From the NCBI GenBank assembly GCA_052327205.1, contig CM126204.1:322462001-322526000 (forward strand): a stretch of DNA of 64,000 nt, read 5' to 3'. A program made the position numbers and the translations under genes. How positions within the stretch are numbered: position 1 is the first letter of the stretch; every line of letters begins with the position of its first letter. Source of the DNA: Somniosus microcephalus (taxonomy: Eukaryota). Under the pieces are notes generated by a model that saw only the letters and a list, made by a program, of their open reading frames with translations, searched no databases and was not told where the DNA came from. Below, piece after piece: positions 26,992 to 40,235 of this stretch.

Positions 26992-28910
26992 ATAAACAGG
27001 CGCAGGAGCGGGCCATTCGGCCCCTCGAGCCTGTTCCGCCATTTAATGAGATCATGGCTGATCCGATTTTGGCCTTGACTCCACTTTTCTGCCTGCTCCC
27101 CATAACCCTCGACTCCCCTGTTGCTCAAAAATCTGTCTTCATCTCCACCTTAAAGATATTCAATGACTCAGCTTCCACAGCTCTCTGGGGTAAAGATTTC
27201 CAAAGATTCACAACCCTCAGAAGAAATTCCTCCTCATCTCAGTCTTAAATGGGCGACCCCTTATTCTGAGACTATGCCCCCTCGTTCTAGATTCCCTGAC
27301 GAGGGGAAACATCCCCTCAGCATCTACTCTGTCTAACCCCCTCAGAATCTTATATGTTTCAATAAGATCACCTCTCATTCTTCTAAACTCCAATGAGTAT
27401 AGGCTCAACCTTTCCTCATAAGACAACCCTCCCATCCCAGGAATCAACCTAGTGAACCTTCTCTGAACTGCCTCCAATGCCAGTATAGCCCTCCTTAAAT
27501 AAGGGGACCAAAACTGTACACAGTACTCTAGGTGTGGTCTCACTAGCACCCTATACAGTTGTAGCAAGACTTCCCTACTTTTATACTCTATCTCCCTTGA
27601 AATAAAGGCCAACATTCCATTTGCCTTCCTAATTACTTGCTGCACCTGCATGTTAACTTTGTGTTTCATGTACGAGGACACCCAAATCCTTCTATACCAC
27701 TGCATTTTGTAGTCTTTCTCCATTTAAATATTTTTCTTTTCTATTCTTCCTACCAAAGTGGATAACTTCACATTTTCCCACATTGTACTCCATCTGCCAA
27801 ATTTTTGCCCACTCACTTAACCTATCTATATCCCTTTTACAGACTCTCGATGTCCTCCTCACAACTTGCTTTCCCACCTATCTTTGTATCGTCTGCAAAT
27901 TTGGCTACAATACACTCGCTTCCTTCATCCAAGTCATTAATACAGATTGAAAATAGTTGAGGCCCCAGCACTGATCCCTGTGGCACCCCACTAGTTACAG
28001 ATTACCCTCCTGAAAATAACTCATTTATCCCGACTTTCTGTTAGTTAGCCAATCCACTATCCAATCTAATATATTACCCCCAACACCATGAGTTCTTATC
28101 TTATGCAATAACCTTTTATGTGGCATCTTGTCGAATGTCTTTTGGAAATCCAAATACACGACATATACTGGTTCCCCTTTATCCACCCTGCTCATTACCT
28201 CCTCAAAGAACTCTGATAGATTTGTAAAACACTATTTCCCTTTCATACAATCAAACAGAGTCAACATGGTTTTATTATGATTTTCTAAATGCCCTGCTAC
28301 TACTTCCTTAATAATGGATTTGAGCATTTTGCCAATGACAGATGTTAGGCTAACTGGCCTATAGTTTCCTGCGTTCTGTCTCCCTCCTTTTTTGAATAAG
28401 GGTATTTACATTTGCGGTTTTCCAATCTGCAGGGACTTTTCCAGAGTCAAGGGAATTTTGGAAGATTACAACCAATGCATCCACTATCTCTGTCGCCACT
28501 TCTTTTAAGACCCTAGGATGCAGGCCATCAGGTCCAGGGGACTTGTCAGCCTTTAGACCCATTAGTTTGCCTAGCACTTTTGCTCTAGTGATAGTGATTG
28601 TTTTAAGTTCCTCTCTCCCTTTTGCCCCTTGATTTTCTACTATTACTGGGATGTTTTTAGTGTCCTCTACTGTGAAGACAGATATAAAATATTTTGTTCA
28701 ATGCCTCTGCCATTTCCTTGTTTCCCATTATTTCCCCAGTCTCATCCTCTAAGGGACCAACGTTTATTTTAGCTGCTACTCTTCCTTTTTATATACTTGT
28801 AGAAGCTCTTACTGTCAGTTTTTATATTTCTTGTTAGTTTACTCTCGTAAGCTATTTTCTCCCTCTTTTTTTTAGTCACCCTTTGCTGGTTTCTAAAATT
28901 TTCCCAATCT
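26992..28910 (-). mobile_element. CR1 LINE, 5'-truncated
   Basis: LKADKSPGPDGLHPRVLKE, LSEWAKIWQMEYNVGKC, LYRVLVRPHLEYCVQFWSP, LEFRRMRGDLIETYKIL. Confidence 0.95.
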
Positions 28911-29834
28911 TTTTGTTCTTAGTGTTTCTTTTAATAAAGAATTCTATCTACCCAGTCTGGCCTACACATACCTCTACTCCACACTAAGTGCTTAACTCTT
29001 AATGGCCCCTCAAATTGTGTAGTCCGTTCTATGTGGCTTACCCTTAATGCCTCTTGAAGTGGCCAAACAATTACAGTTCACGGTAACTAGGGATGGGCAA
29101 TGACTGAGGCCTTGAAATTGTTGCCCATGTCCCAAGAACAAATAAAATATTTTAGGGGGAATAATCAGAATAGCTTTTAGATTGCCATGCACATAACAAA
29201 AAATGAACAGCTCTGAGTCTCTAATTGGCCACATGTAGTTGTAAGGCGGCAGCTGAATGAATGCAGGCACTTTGGCCTGAATTGGGAGTTTAGCAATGAA
29301 GTTTAGTTGGCTTGAAAATACTTTCAACTATTTGAGGTTCTGAATTTTTTGAATTATGACAAGAAGTAGAAACCAGTGTTGTGCAGATCTTGCATTACAT
29401 GAGTCCATTTTTATATTCTTTTTTGGGCCCTTTTCTCCTGTCTCATCCCCTTCCTATCACTCAATCATTTCTCTCCTCGGGTACTTTGCCCCCTTCCCCA
29501 ACTCTTCACTACTCCTTTGCCTTCCTGCCGCCATTGCAGGCTTGAAGCATCCTCAAATGAGTCCAGTTACCCTCTGTGCCTCTATTGGCATTCACCAAAG
29601 AACCCATCCAGACACTTGTCTCCTTACTCCAACTACCCCATCCTCCTCTCGCGTCAACCTACCTGCCGAGCATGCCTACTGGGGGCTAGCCTCGACAAAC
29701 TCTCTCCTGTCCTGCTCACTCCACCCACCATTACTTCCTTGGACTCTACTAGTGGATTAATCACCGGTCCTCTTCACAATTCTCTACAGAATGTCCATTC
29801 ACTCGAGAAAGGGGCCTTTGCCATCCACAATCTT

Positions 29835-30402
29835 GTTATGGATGATTGCATTGACATCCTAGGTCTTGTCACATCCAGACTATTCCAATGTTCTCCTAGC
29901 TGACCTGCCATCCTCCATAAATTTCAGCTCATCCAAAACTCTGCTGCCCGTATCCTATCTTTCACCAAGTCCTGTTCACCCATCACCCCTATCCTTGCTG
30001 ATCTACATGAGCTCCCACTGCACCAACGCCTCAAATTAAAAATTATCATCCTGTGTTTAAATCCCTTCATGGACTTGTCCCTCCCAATCTCTGTAACCTC
30101 CTCTAGCCCTACTCCCCATTCCTCTGACTCTAGCCTCTTGTGCATCCTCACTTCCCTTTACCCCATCATTGATGGCTATGCCTTCAGTCATCTAGGCCCC
30201 ACACTCTGGAATTTTCTACCTAAACTCTCTGCCTCTCCACCTCACACTCTTTTCATACCTTTCTTAAAACCCACCTTTTTGACCAAGCTTTTGGTCACCC
30301 CTTCTTTGGCTCTGCACTAATTTTTCCTTGCACCTCTCTGAAGCGTGTTAGGATTTTTTTTCCACCTTAAAGGTGTTATATAAATACATGTTGCTGTTGT
30401 TG
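29835..30402 (+). mobile_element. L2 3' fragment, diverged
   Basis: cagctcatccaaaactctgctgcccgtatcct...ttttgaccaagcttttggtcacc...tatataaatacatgttgctgttgtt. Confidence 0.85.
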
Positions 30403-30849
30403 GAAGAGGTAATGTAGGAAATTTCTGGGGGATCTGAAGCTGTCTTGATAAATATACAGTGTTAGATGCCCATGATAAAGATAAGATTGGTGACTCGGGG
30501 TGGTAAATCATGAGCAGCACCATGGAGAAATGGTTATCCAAGGGGGAAAGTTAGTGGGAGATTTTATAGTGAAAGGCATGAACAGTTGCTTCTGTAAGCA
30601 TAAATGTGATTCCTGAATGGTGTCTTGTCTCCCAGGTGCCCAGGACATGACACAAAGTAGATGATTTTGGCCTTGATCATAGCAGCCATTGCTGCTCTGG
30701 CAGTATTCTTGGGCCTGTAGCACCAGTTGAAAATTCTACCTCACTTTCAAGCACAAGGCCATGGGAGGTGACCTGCCAAATTTGGGCATTCCGAGACCTA
30801 AAAAGCCATTGTGCACTTTGGGTGGTAAAGCAGCTTTGATAAATTGTGG

Positions 30850-31165
30850 CCTTTTTCTATTAGAGTGGAGAAGGTTATGGAGTCATCTAATAGAGAGAGA
30901 TCTTCAATTGTGAAGGGGTATGAGATGGTAATGAATCTAATGTAACATAAACAGGAGGTTTGAAAAAGTGTTTTTATACAGAGTGGTTAGCATTTGGAAT
31001 ATCTACCAAAAATCTTTGTTGGAGTCCATAAATGTGAAAGAGAGAAATATTTAAGGGTATGGGGATCAAGCAGGAAAATGGCATTAGACTGGTTGGCTCG
31101 TGAAGAAAAGCACTAGTGCAGACTTTGTGGGCAGGTGGGATGTATCTCTGCTGTAACTTCTATGG
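30850..31165 (+). mobile_element. Old CR1 3' fragment
   Basis: agagtggagaaggttatggagtcatctaatagag...cagagtggttagcatttggaat...aagggtatgggga...ctgtaacttctatg. Confidence 0.65.
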
Positions 31166-33109
31166 TGACAATGTAAGATCTTTCTGAGCATTCCATAATT
31201 TCTCCTTGCATTGAAAGTTGCATGGAATTTCACATGACCACGCTTCCTTGAAAATTTAAATAACTGAGTTAACCTTTCTCTACCTTTAACAATGGTATTT
31301 CAGGACTAGCTTGGTCCTACAATACGTAATACACATGCCTCTCTCTCTTGCAATGAATGTCTTTTATTTCTCACAGTCTTACTTTCTGAAATAAATTGAC
31401 AGGTGCATCAATAAACAAGAGTTTTCACCTTAACTTTCTGTGGTTCAGCTCCATCACTTGTATCCCAGAATTTAATGCCACTTTGAAAAATAACTCTACA
31501 ATGCTAAATTTTAGACAACTGTCTTGATAAATTTCAGTTATAGACACATATTCTATTTTTATAACCAAGTTTTGCAGAGATTTGCGCCTAATGGAAATCA
31601 ACAGTGGTGATCCTTCAGCTTTAAATGGAAGCCGTCATTTTAAAAGTGGTGGAAGCATTAACATCAATAATGTAAAATCTATTGACAGATGAAATCGTGT
31701 ATTCCATCATAAGTTGATTAAAGGATGAAGTAAACACAATTTTTAGTGAATGGACTACTACATTTACCTTGACAAAGATTATTAAATGGTTTGTGAAGTT
31801 TCCAGTTGATCTATGAATGCATTGATTATTTGTTTTAGTAGGTATAATATAGCCCTCAAAGGCAAAAGTTAAGATGACATCTGTATGTATCGTTTGATGA
31901 TTTCATTGCCCCAGATGTAATATACAAATGCCACTGCAGAATCCATGTTATTCTGTAAGATTTATAAGAATGGGCAAGTTTTCCCACTTAATGCTTCCTG
32001 TCTTTCTCACTCTTGGGTATGGAACTTAAGAGTAGCAATCTGTTAAATACACTGGCTAAACTCGTGTATTATAGATGGATACGTTGTGCAATTTAGCCAT
32101 ATGCTTCAAAACAATATAAACTAAACATACTCCTTTACATGACGTTTTCTGGAATCGGCAGTTAGCCCATCTGCTATTTCAGTGGGGTTGGTCTTGCTCT
32201 TGATGTGATCCAAGTCTGCATGAGAGCCTTGCAGACAAGGATACTTACCAATCAGGACTCCTGATGAAATCCTGAAAATGACTCTGAGGTAGATAATTCC
32301 ACCAGGTCAAGGAAGCAATTGTTGCTGCAGTCAAGATTCTCCTGTATGGGTTCAAGTTGGACAACTATGCAGCAATTACAGTTCCAAAGAAATGTTATTA
32401 GGTCCTGGTGCATAGGAATGTTGAATATTCTCTTCCTTTGTGTGGTTGTAACATGGGAAGTGTTGTCCATAGTGCATTATAGTCACAGCTAAATGGAGGT
32501 CAGTACTACTTGAGCGATAATAATGTATGAATATATATCTTTCAGTTACTAATGATTTACCTGGAATGAGTAGCTAGGATGATTTTTTTTGTTCATCTCA
32601 CAGAAGACACTGAAATAAACTTAGTAGGTTAATTTGGCAGATACGAGTTGGATATTCTCTACTCTGATGGTGGTACCTGGCAACTTTTATATTGTAATTA
32701 AGTTGTGTCTTGTGACTATGTTTGTACTGTGGCAGTAGTCAATTTTCATTAATAGACCATCAAGATATGAAACTAGTTCATAAAAATGTTACACCAGCCT
32801 AGTATTTAATAACTTGCAGCACAGAAAATGTATTAAATTAAGAAATATCTGCATTTCATAAGAGTATTACAAAAACGTTTTACATGATGAGATTCAGTCA
32901 GCATGTAGTTTCCATCATGCACATTATAACAAAAGAATAATTAAATGAAATAATTAAACTTGATCAGTGTTAAGCATGAACTAACTAAACTTGATTGAAG
33001 ATTAAGATTGAACTAAAGATTGCTTCTCCTTTATAGGTAACTGGTAATCAGTAAGAGACACAAAAGTTACCATTGCTTTAGCTATTTGCCGATACTTTTC
33101 CTCCACCTA

Positions 33110-33115
33110 TTTATT
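33110..33115 (-). terminator. Candidate ERI3 polyadenylation signal
   Basis: First AATAAA I found on the minus strand downstream of the ERI3 stop (~1.24 kb 3'UTR); no transcript evidence. Confidence 0.3.
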
Positions 33116-34353
33116 CTTCCCCATAATTCCAAAAATTTCTCTTGAAATGCATTTTCCACCTGAATTTTAATATACAATTCAGTACCTTCATTTGGAAAAC
33201 TCACCATCATTGCAGACCACTCAACTGTCACCTTGCACTGAAGGATAAAAACAAGTATTTTTTTCTTATCATTTGAAAAAAAATTGAATAAGTGAAATAA
33301 AACAGACTAGAAAAGGTGAAATATGGCATAAAAACAGCCAGAACTACTTTAAAAGGGATGTGTTTTACATTGAATTCTCACATAATCCTTAGTTGATATA
33401 AAGGGAAATACAAGTACATATAATGGAAATTTGTAACAGCAGATGGGGAATGGGGAGAATGTCGTCTTTGCACAGTGTATAGTGAAATGCACTCGTGCAC
33501 AACGGAAATTGGGCCTCTCTGGCTAGTGAAATTATCTATGGAGGGTGGGTTTCCAACAGAATCACTGTCCCAAAGTGTGAGCCTGCCACTGCCAGGGAGG
33601 ACAATGTAGTGGTGCTGCAGTAAGACATCTGCTGCTGCGCCATGGAGAGGATACTGATGTTAAAGGCGGCACAAATACCCCGAAGAACCAGGTAAATTTG
33701 TAAAGGGCTGGACCGAAGCCTTCAGGTGAATGTTTGGGCCCTTTGTGGAGGGAGAGATAGCCACTACTAAGCCCTAATCCATCAATCCATGAACTGGTGG
33801 GCTTTCTGCTACAGCCTCAGGGATAATCGCACCCCTCTCCTGGTGTTCCCTGGAGGGTGCTCTTGCGGGTTTTTGGCCCTAATATACACACGGCGGAACT
33901 GTGACCCGAACCCTGACAGGGTGGGGCTGTAGTGGTAGGCCTCCACGTCTGATTTTCCTCTGCTATACCACAGACTATTAGGCCAATCAATCTCTCTGCA
34001 GGCTCCCTGTAACCCACAATTTTAAAGCACAAAACATGATAACAGACATAGTTAAGAGTATAAGTATTTTCCTTTACACATTTTAGGATTTTTGACACTT
34101 TAGAAAATAAGCTTCCCTTTTAAGTTAGAAATAAACTTCAATTTTCAATAAAAAAGAAAACATATTTTACTAGTCAATCAGCAGCAGAATTGTCCACCTT
34201 ATGAAGCAAAGAATATCTTTATGTAACATTAGTATAATTAAACTAGATTATTTTTGACAACAGATTACATGCCATACGTGGTTTAACTACTTTTGCCATA
34301 TATCTTTGTAGGCTTTTTCAAAGCAGTGAGACATGTTCTTTTCTTCTGCATGC

Positions 34354-34436
34354 TCAGAGGTTTGATCCAGTTTGTTTGAAAGTGAACCCTTTTCGTGCCA
34401 GTTCCTTCATTATGTTGGCAATGTTCTTGCAGTCAT
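34354..34436 (-). CDS. ERI3: ERI1 exoribonuclease family member 3, last coding exon
   Basis: Minus strand tgttttccaaacag|AT GAC TGC AAG...CTC TGA = (D)DCKNIANIMKELARKGFTFKQTGSNL*, matching the human ERI3 C-terminus DDCKNIANIMKTLAYRGFIFKQT; convergent with DMAP1 as in mammals; not in the ORF track. Confidence 0.95.
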
Positions 34437-34980
34437 CTGTTTGGAAAACATTTTTTTTTTTTTAAAAAAGGATGGAAATACAGTTTTACTCTTTACAGCG
34501 AGAAGATAAAACAAACACAAACTACAACATAAAAAAGAACAGGCTGAGGAATGTAATGAAAGCCTTTGAGAGTTAAGAGTCACCAAGGAAAAGATCTCGC
34601 ATCTAAATGGCTGAGCATGCTAGACTATTTGTAAACCTTGTTTTTTGCTTACACACTGAGACCACAGATTGACTATTATGGACCACAGTGCAGAGAAAGG
34701 CCAGCTGAAGAATAGATTAATTAGCACTTTGCTATTCATTTGATAGTTAAATAAAAACAGAACATGAGCTTCATTTTATTTTGTTGGATATGTGGAAGAC
34801 TGAAATATTACAGGGTGACCAGGCATACAGGAATAGTGCACTGAATCAACTTTGGCGATAGGTTAAATGAAACTGCCACCCAAATATCCAACAAATAGTT
34901 TTCTAATCATCACTGTGCTACCATGTTAGCTTACAGTTTGTTTATTTTAAATGCCCCCTTAGGGTTAAAATACAGATACG

Positions 34981-35617
34981 GGGGCTGATTTACAACTACT
35001 GCCGGCCCTGTTTTCTAACATAAAAAGCTCATCCAACAGTTGAAAATTGTAACACAAAAACCTGTCCATTGACTACTCAAGGACCGCCCAATACAATCTT
35101 CAGGTGAGCCTCGAAATGGGTGGCTAGACTTCTTACCCGAAACCGGACCCTGTTTGCAATTTTTAGTACCAATGGGCAAAGCATGCACTTTGCACACTCC
35201 GCCCGCAGATACCTGTCACGGAGTGGCCTAACCAGCATTCCTTAAAGGGATCACTGCAAGTCACTCAAAAACAGGTAAGTTTCAAGTATAAAAGTGATAT
35301 TTGAGGAGTTGGGAGAAGCATTAATACTCCTTCTGACCCTTCAAAAATTGATCCCCACGTAACCCAAACCTGTGAGGCCCTCCCCTGGGATCATCTCCTT
35401 TCACCTATCTGCACCAGCGAGGTTTGTACTGGAGCGGTGGAATTTTGGCCCTCTCCCATTAGCAAGCTGATTGAAATGTGCAAGCAACTTGCAGATGGTA
35501 TTAAATGAGGCCCAACTATTAAAATTAGTTTGGCCTCTCACTGCAGCCATCGGGCAGGTACGGTGGACGTCCTGTCTACTTTGTGCCCATTTTGAGTGAA
35601 AGTTCAAAATTGCTTCC
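34981..35617. mobile_element. Degenerate Harbinger-type MITE
   Basis: Weak TIRs ggggctgatttacaact / agttcaaaattgcttcc; internal ttaaaggg, caggtaagt and ttaaatgaggccc motifs shared with other MITEs here. Confidence 0.45.
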
Positions 35618-36904
35618 ACTATGCAGTACCATTTTGCACCCAAAGTTTGGAAGGATGTTCAATAAAAACAAAAAGAATGACTGTATTTGGAAATAACGGA
35701 TGGTCAGGTTGATGCCCCTGTGGCTCAGAGAGTAAATATATTGCCTGATGTGTTACTGAATCATACAGAGAAAGAAAGTCCCATCTGTGAGTCATGGTGT
35801 ATGAGAAATTCATGGCAGCAGCAAGGATACAATTGGCCATGGGATTAGGGAGCAGAAAAATTGTTACAAATCCTGCTCTTCAACACTATCCAATGATCCC
35901 TGCTGGAAAGTGCATTTGTGGATATTGGGTTAGGACAGGACCAGGAAGTTACAGAAAAAGCTACAGTACAGAATCCAACCATGAGGTTTACATGCAAGAA
36001 GAATTTAGTACAGGTCATGAATGTTGAACGTTCATTAATATCTTTTGACACAAGCTCTGAGTGCCATCTCACACATGTAGAAGCAATAAGGCTTATAGTT
36101 TAGAATTATGGGGGAAAGTGAATGTTTCCTGCAGTATTTTCAGGAGTAAAATATTTGTATGAGAAATGAAATACTTCTCTTGTCACAGCTATTGATTGAA
36201 TAAATGTCTAAAAATGGTCAATAAATTTCCTGACATATTTATGCCTTTTAAAAAGTGCTTTCTAATAATTCCTGTTAAATTGTGCTTGTATGGAAGTATA
36301 ATTATGGCATTGGAAGGATGAACTTCTAGTGAGGAAAGCATTGCTAATCTCCAGGAGTGTACGGCATCATTGGGTATAGCTTCAAACAGATTTTACATTA
36401 CAAAATTCTGTGTGAGGTATTTGTGTGGTTGTCTTTCTGCCCGTGTGGGAGTGAGTGAGGAGGAAGACAAAACAGAAGAGCAGTATGGTACTAGCTCTGG
36501 GCTTGGGGGAGGCTCAATTCCCTCCACATTCTTGTATGCAAGGTTGCCTGGTTAATGTCCTCCAAGAGTCAAGGATGTGTGATTTCTGAGTCTTTCTACA
36601 GCTCAGATCTGTTCCCTTGTATTATGGACCATCTTATTATGCAAGCAGAGTAGTCTTGACATGCAAGTTGAAAGAACACACACAGTGACAGACATGTGCC
36701 CAACTTGCAGCCCATTCTCTGAGTAAATTACCATGCATTATGCAGTTAGGTTGTGCTACAATTATTTGATGTGTGAAGCCCTTTGAAGAGATCAATTTGG
36801 CAAGGCTTTCAATTGTAAATTGGACATACTTGGACCATCTATCCGTGAATGAATGTTGGGTGGTAATTTTTTTCCACATCTGTTTCTAGGTCATTACATG
36901 GATT

Positions 36905-37695
36905 ACATTGGATATAGAGCACATAAACAGGCCATTCGGCCCAACCAATCCACTCGAGCCTCCTCCCGCCTTTCCTCAGCTAACTCTATCAGCATAACCC
37001 TCTATTGCCTTCTCCCACATCTGCTTATCTAGCCTCCCCTTAGATGCATCTATACTATTTACTTCAACCACTCCCTGTGGTAGCGAGTTCCACATTCTCA
37101 CCACTCTCCCTGGGTAAAGAAGTTTCTTCTGAATTATTGTATTGATGGCCTCTAGTTTTGCTCTTCCCCACAAGTAGAAACACTCTCTGTATCTACTCTA
37201 TCAAAACCTTTCATAATTTTAAAGACCTCTATTAGGTCACCCCTCAGCCTTTTCTTTTCAAGAGAAAAGAGACCCAGCCTGTTCATCCTTTCCGGATAGG
37301 TATACCCTCGCATTTCTTGTATCATCCTTGTAAATCCTTTTTGTACCCTCTCCAGTGCCTCTATATCCTTTTTAATATGGCAACCAGAATTGTACACAGT
37401 ACTCCAAGTGTGATCTAACCAAGGTTCAATACAGATTTAGCATAACTTCTCTACTTTTCAATTCAATCCCGCTAGAAATAAACCCTAGTGCTTGGTTTGC
37501 TTTTTTATGGCCTTGTTAACCTGTGTTGCTACTTTCAGTGATTTGTGTATTTGTACTCCGAGATCCCTTTGCTCTGCTACCCCACTTGGGTAATATATGA
37601 CCTCCCTATTTTTCTTACCAAAATGTAATACAGTACCTCACATTTATCTGTGTTGAATTTCATTTGCCAATTATATGCCCATTCTTCAAGTCCTG
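36905..37695 (-). mobile_element. CR1 3' fragment
   Basis: KKDIEALERVQKGFTRMI...LGLFSLEKKRLRGDLIEVFKIMKGFDRVD; WAYNWQMKFNTDKCEV. Confidence 0.92.
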
Positions 37696-38554
37696 CATAT
37701 ATTGTGCACAGCACTGGTCTTATCTGCTGTCTGTTACTAGGCATGCTGCACTGGTGTCCTCTGGGGATGGTGCCCTGGAGTACCAAATAGGGCAAGTCTC
37801 CTCACAACCACCTCATGTAAAAGCTACCAAACATGGGTCCGAGTTCTGCGTCACTGTATCAGTTGCTCCTGGCTCCACATTTCTTTTGTCATCCATGAGT
37901 TTTTACCAGCCATTTCATTTGCTTCGTGGATAGGCTTGCACACAATTTCAAAGTCCTTCCAACGTGGTAAGGCTAAAATCTAAATTTCCCTTTCTCACAG
38001 CTTTTGGAAAGGCTGAGAAATCATGTTGAGTGGCCACATCCCTTTAATTCTGGTCTCCAGCCCTTTTAAGGGCTGACAATGTGGCATATTTCTCATGCCC
38101 CTTTCGCATTTTGTGAGCTCCTATTGGCAGGCCCAACTCAGGCCAGGGGCTCATCTTAAATATATAATTAGGCCAATCCCAAATGGTCTGGTGGGAAAAG
38201 CTCACATTGTGCCAATTCCACCAACTCAAAGCAAGGACTGGAAAATCTACTCTCATCTTTTGGTATATATGGCAACCTAAGTCCGAAGCTGCTCCTGTTT
38301 GTCAGTGTTTGTAATACTGTTGGATAATCTGAATATTCAATAAAAAATGAAGCAAGGATCTGTAATAGCAGCAGCAGCTAACAGTTACCTTGGTCAAGTT
38401 AATATGCATGTTTTGTGTTGGTGATCTGGCTGTATGCAATTTAAATCACATATGTAAGTAAGGGCACATGGAACTGTGGCGGTGGTGTGGCTCTGATTGC
38501 CTGGTCCCATCTTGACCTGCCCTCTTACTTCTCTGGCACAATCTCTTATTACCA

Positions 38555-38961
38555 TAACAATTTGCATTTATATATCGCTTTTTACATAATAAAATGTCCC
38601 AAAGCACTTCACGAGTGTTACCAAACAAAATTTGACACTGACCCGCTTGGTCAAAGAGGTAGGTTTTAAGGACCGTCTTAAAGGAGGAAAGAGAGGTAGA
38701 GGGGCAGAGAGGTTTAGGGAGGGAATTCCAGAGCTTAGAGCCTTGGCAGCTAAAGGCACGGCTGCCACTGGTTGAGCCATTAAAATTGGGGATGCGCAAG
38801 AGACCAGAAATAGAGGAACACAGAGATCTCGGAGGGTTGTAGGGCTGGAGGAGGTTACAGAGATGGGGAGGGGTGCGGCTGTGGAGGGATCTGAAAACAA
38901 GGATGAGAATTTTAAAATAGAGTGGTTGCCAGACCGGGAGCTAATGTAGGTCAGCGAGCAC
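38555..38961 (-). mobile_element. L2 3' fragment
   Basis: GSRAFSCQGSKLWNSLP...SFKTVLKTYLF. Confidence 0.9.
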
Positions 38962-39453
38962 CTGACCCTCTACCACTCCTCCCCCCTTCTCCTAAAGATC
39001 CTTATAATCTTCTGTACTCTGAAGTCCTCTGGAAATTTCCTCCCTCCTGTCCTTATTTAGCATCTGCGCTGAGTGATTCCTCATCCTTGCCGATTTCAAC
39101 TTTCACCTAAATTGTCACCCCATTCCAATTCATTTGCACTCCTATCCTCATTCAACTTCACCCCGCACACTATCTTCCCAAGCAAGCCCACAGCCAGCCC
39201 CTCAACTCTGTCATCTATGAGTGTTTGACGCCTTTGTGGTTTTTAATCGCTGACAAGCCATCTTCAATTATTTGCTTGTTTTCCTCAACATCCACATCTC
39301 TCTGCCATCCTCCAACCCTATTAAATTCACTGTCTGCATTAGGAAAAAAACTGCCTCCAATTAGAGTTTTATGGTATCTTTAACAGCATGAAAACCACTG
39401 TTAATGTGACTTCCCTATGCGATCAGCAAACTTAAAGACACATGAAAAATTTT

Positions 39454-40143
39454 GGCCTAGAAATTCACTGACACCCCATTTGGGGCGCCAGTCTCGCCAG
39501 GAGTATCGCCCCGGAAGGAGTCGCGAACGCCCGCCGGAAATTCAGTTTCACCGCCCCAAACGGAAGCGCGGCGCTACTCGAGGTGCCCCGCATCCCTCTT
39601 GGGACGCTGCAACTAAAAATCGCAGCACAACGTGCCGCAGCGCCACATGCTGCGGCACGGCGCGCTGCGGTACTGCAGGCCTTCCTCCCCTTCTTAAAGG
39701 GGAGGGGCCTGCTGCAGCGCGATCGGCGATCTCGAGTGCCGGCAAAAGAGCCCGGCACCGAGGAGAAGTGGCGGGCTCTTGGGACACAGTCAGCACAACG
39801 CGGGGGGGGGGGGGGGGCCTCAGGAGGCCGGGGACGGCAGCGCGAAGAGGTGCTGGCAGGTGGTCAGCAAAAAAAATGGCCGCCCCGCACCTCAACTGCC
39901 GCAGGTAGGCCCCCCTGAACCGGTCGCAAATTGCGTCCGGCGTTAAAGCAGGGGGCGCTACCAAATTTGGCGATCGGGGCTGTAGCAGGACGCTGCACAC
40001 ATCGGTGGCGGCGCAGCGCTAACGGCTAGCGCCGCCATTAGCACCCCGCTAAATTTAGCGGGAGGCGTGGCCAGTGGCGCAAAACCCACTAAGTGCCCTC
40101 TTTGGGCGCTAACGGGTGGCGCAGCCCACTGAATTTCTAGGCC
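39454..40143. mobile_element. GC-rich PIF/Harbinger-type MITE (family C)
   Basis: TIRs ggcctagaaattca / tgaatttctaggcc with a TTT TSD; repeated (t/c)agcgcc motifs; inverted homolog at 48971-49663. Confidence 0.85.
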
Positions 40144-40157
40144 TTTGTCTATGAACC

Positions 40158-40235
40158 TGTCATCAGTCACCTGAGAACTCCTTTTTAGTGTGGAAGCAAG
40201 TCATCCTCGGTTCCGAGGGACTGCCTAAGAAGAAG
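40158..40235 (+). mobile_element. RTE LINE extreme 3' end
   Basis: catcagtcacctgagaact...gtggaagcaagtcatcctcggttccgagggactgcctaagaagaag; same as the reverse complement of 23381-23450. Confidence 0.8.

Noticed and set aside
39417-40170. Overlapping 100-160 aa ORFs and a CpG-island-like stretch (also 49132-49714)
   Set aside because: Lies within GC-rich MITEs with TIRs and TSDs; open frames reflect stop-codon scarcity; not a gene or host promoter.
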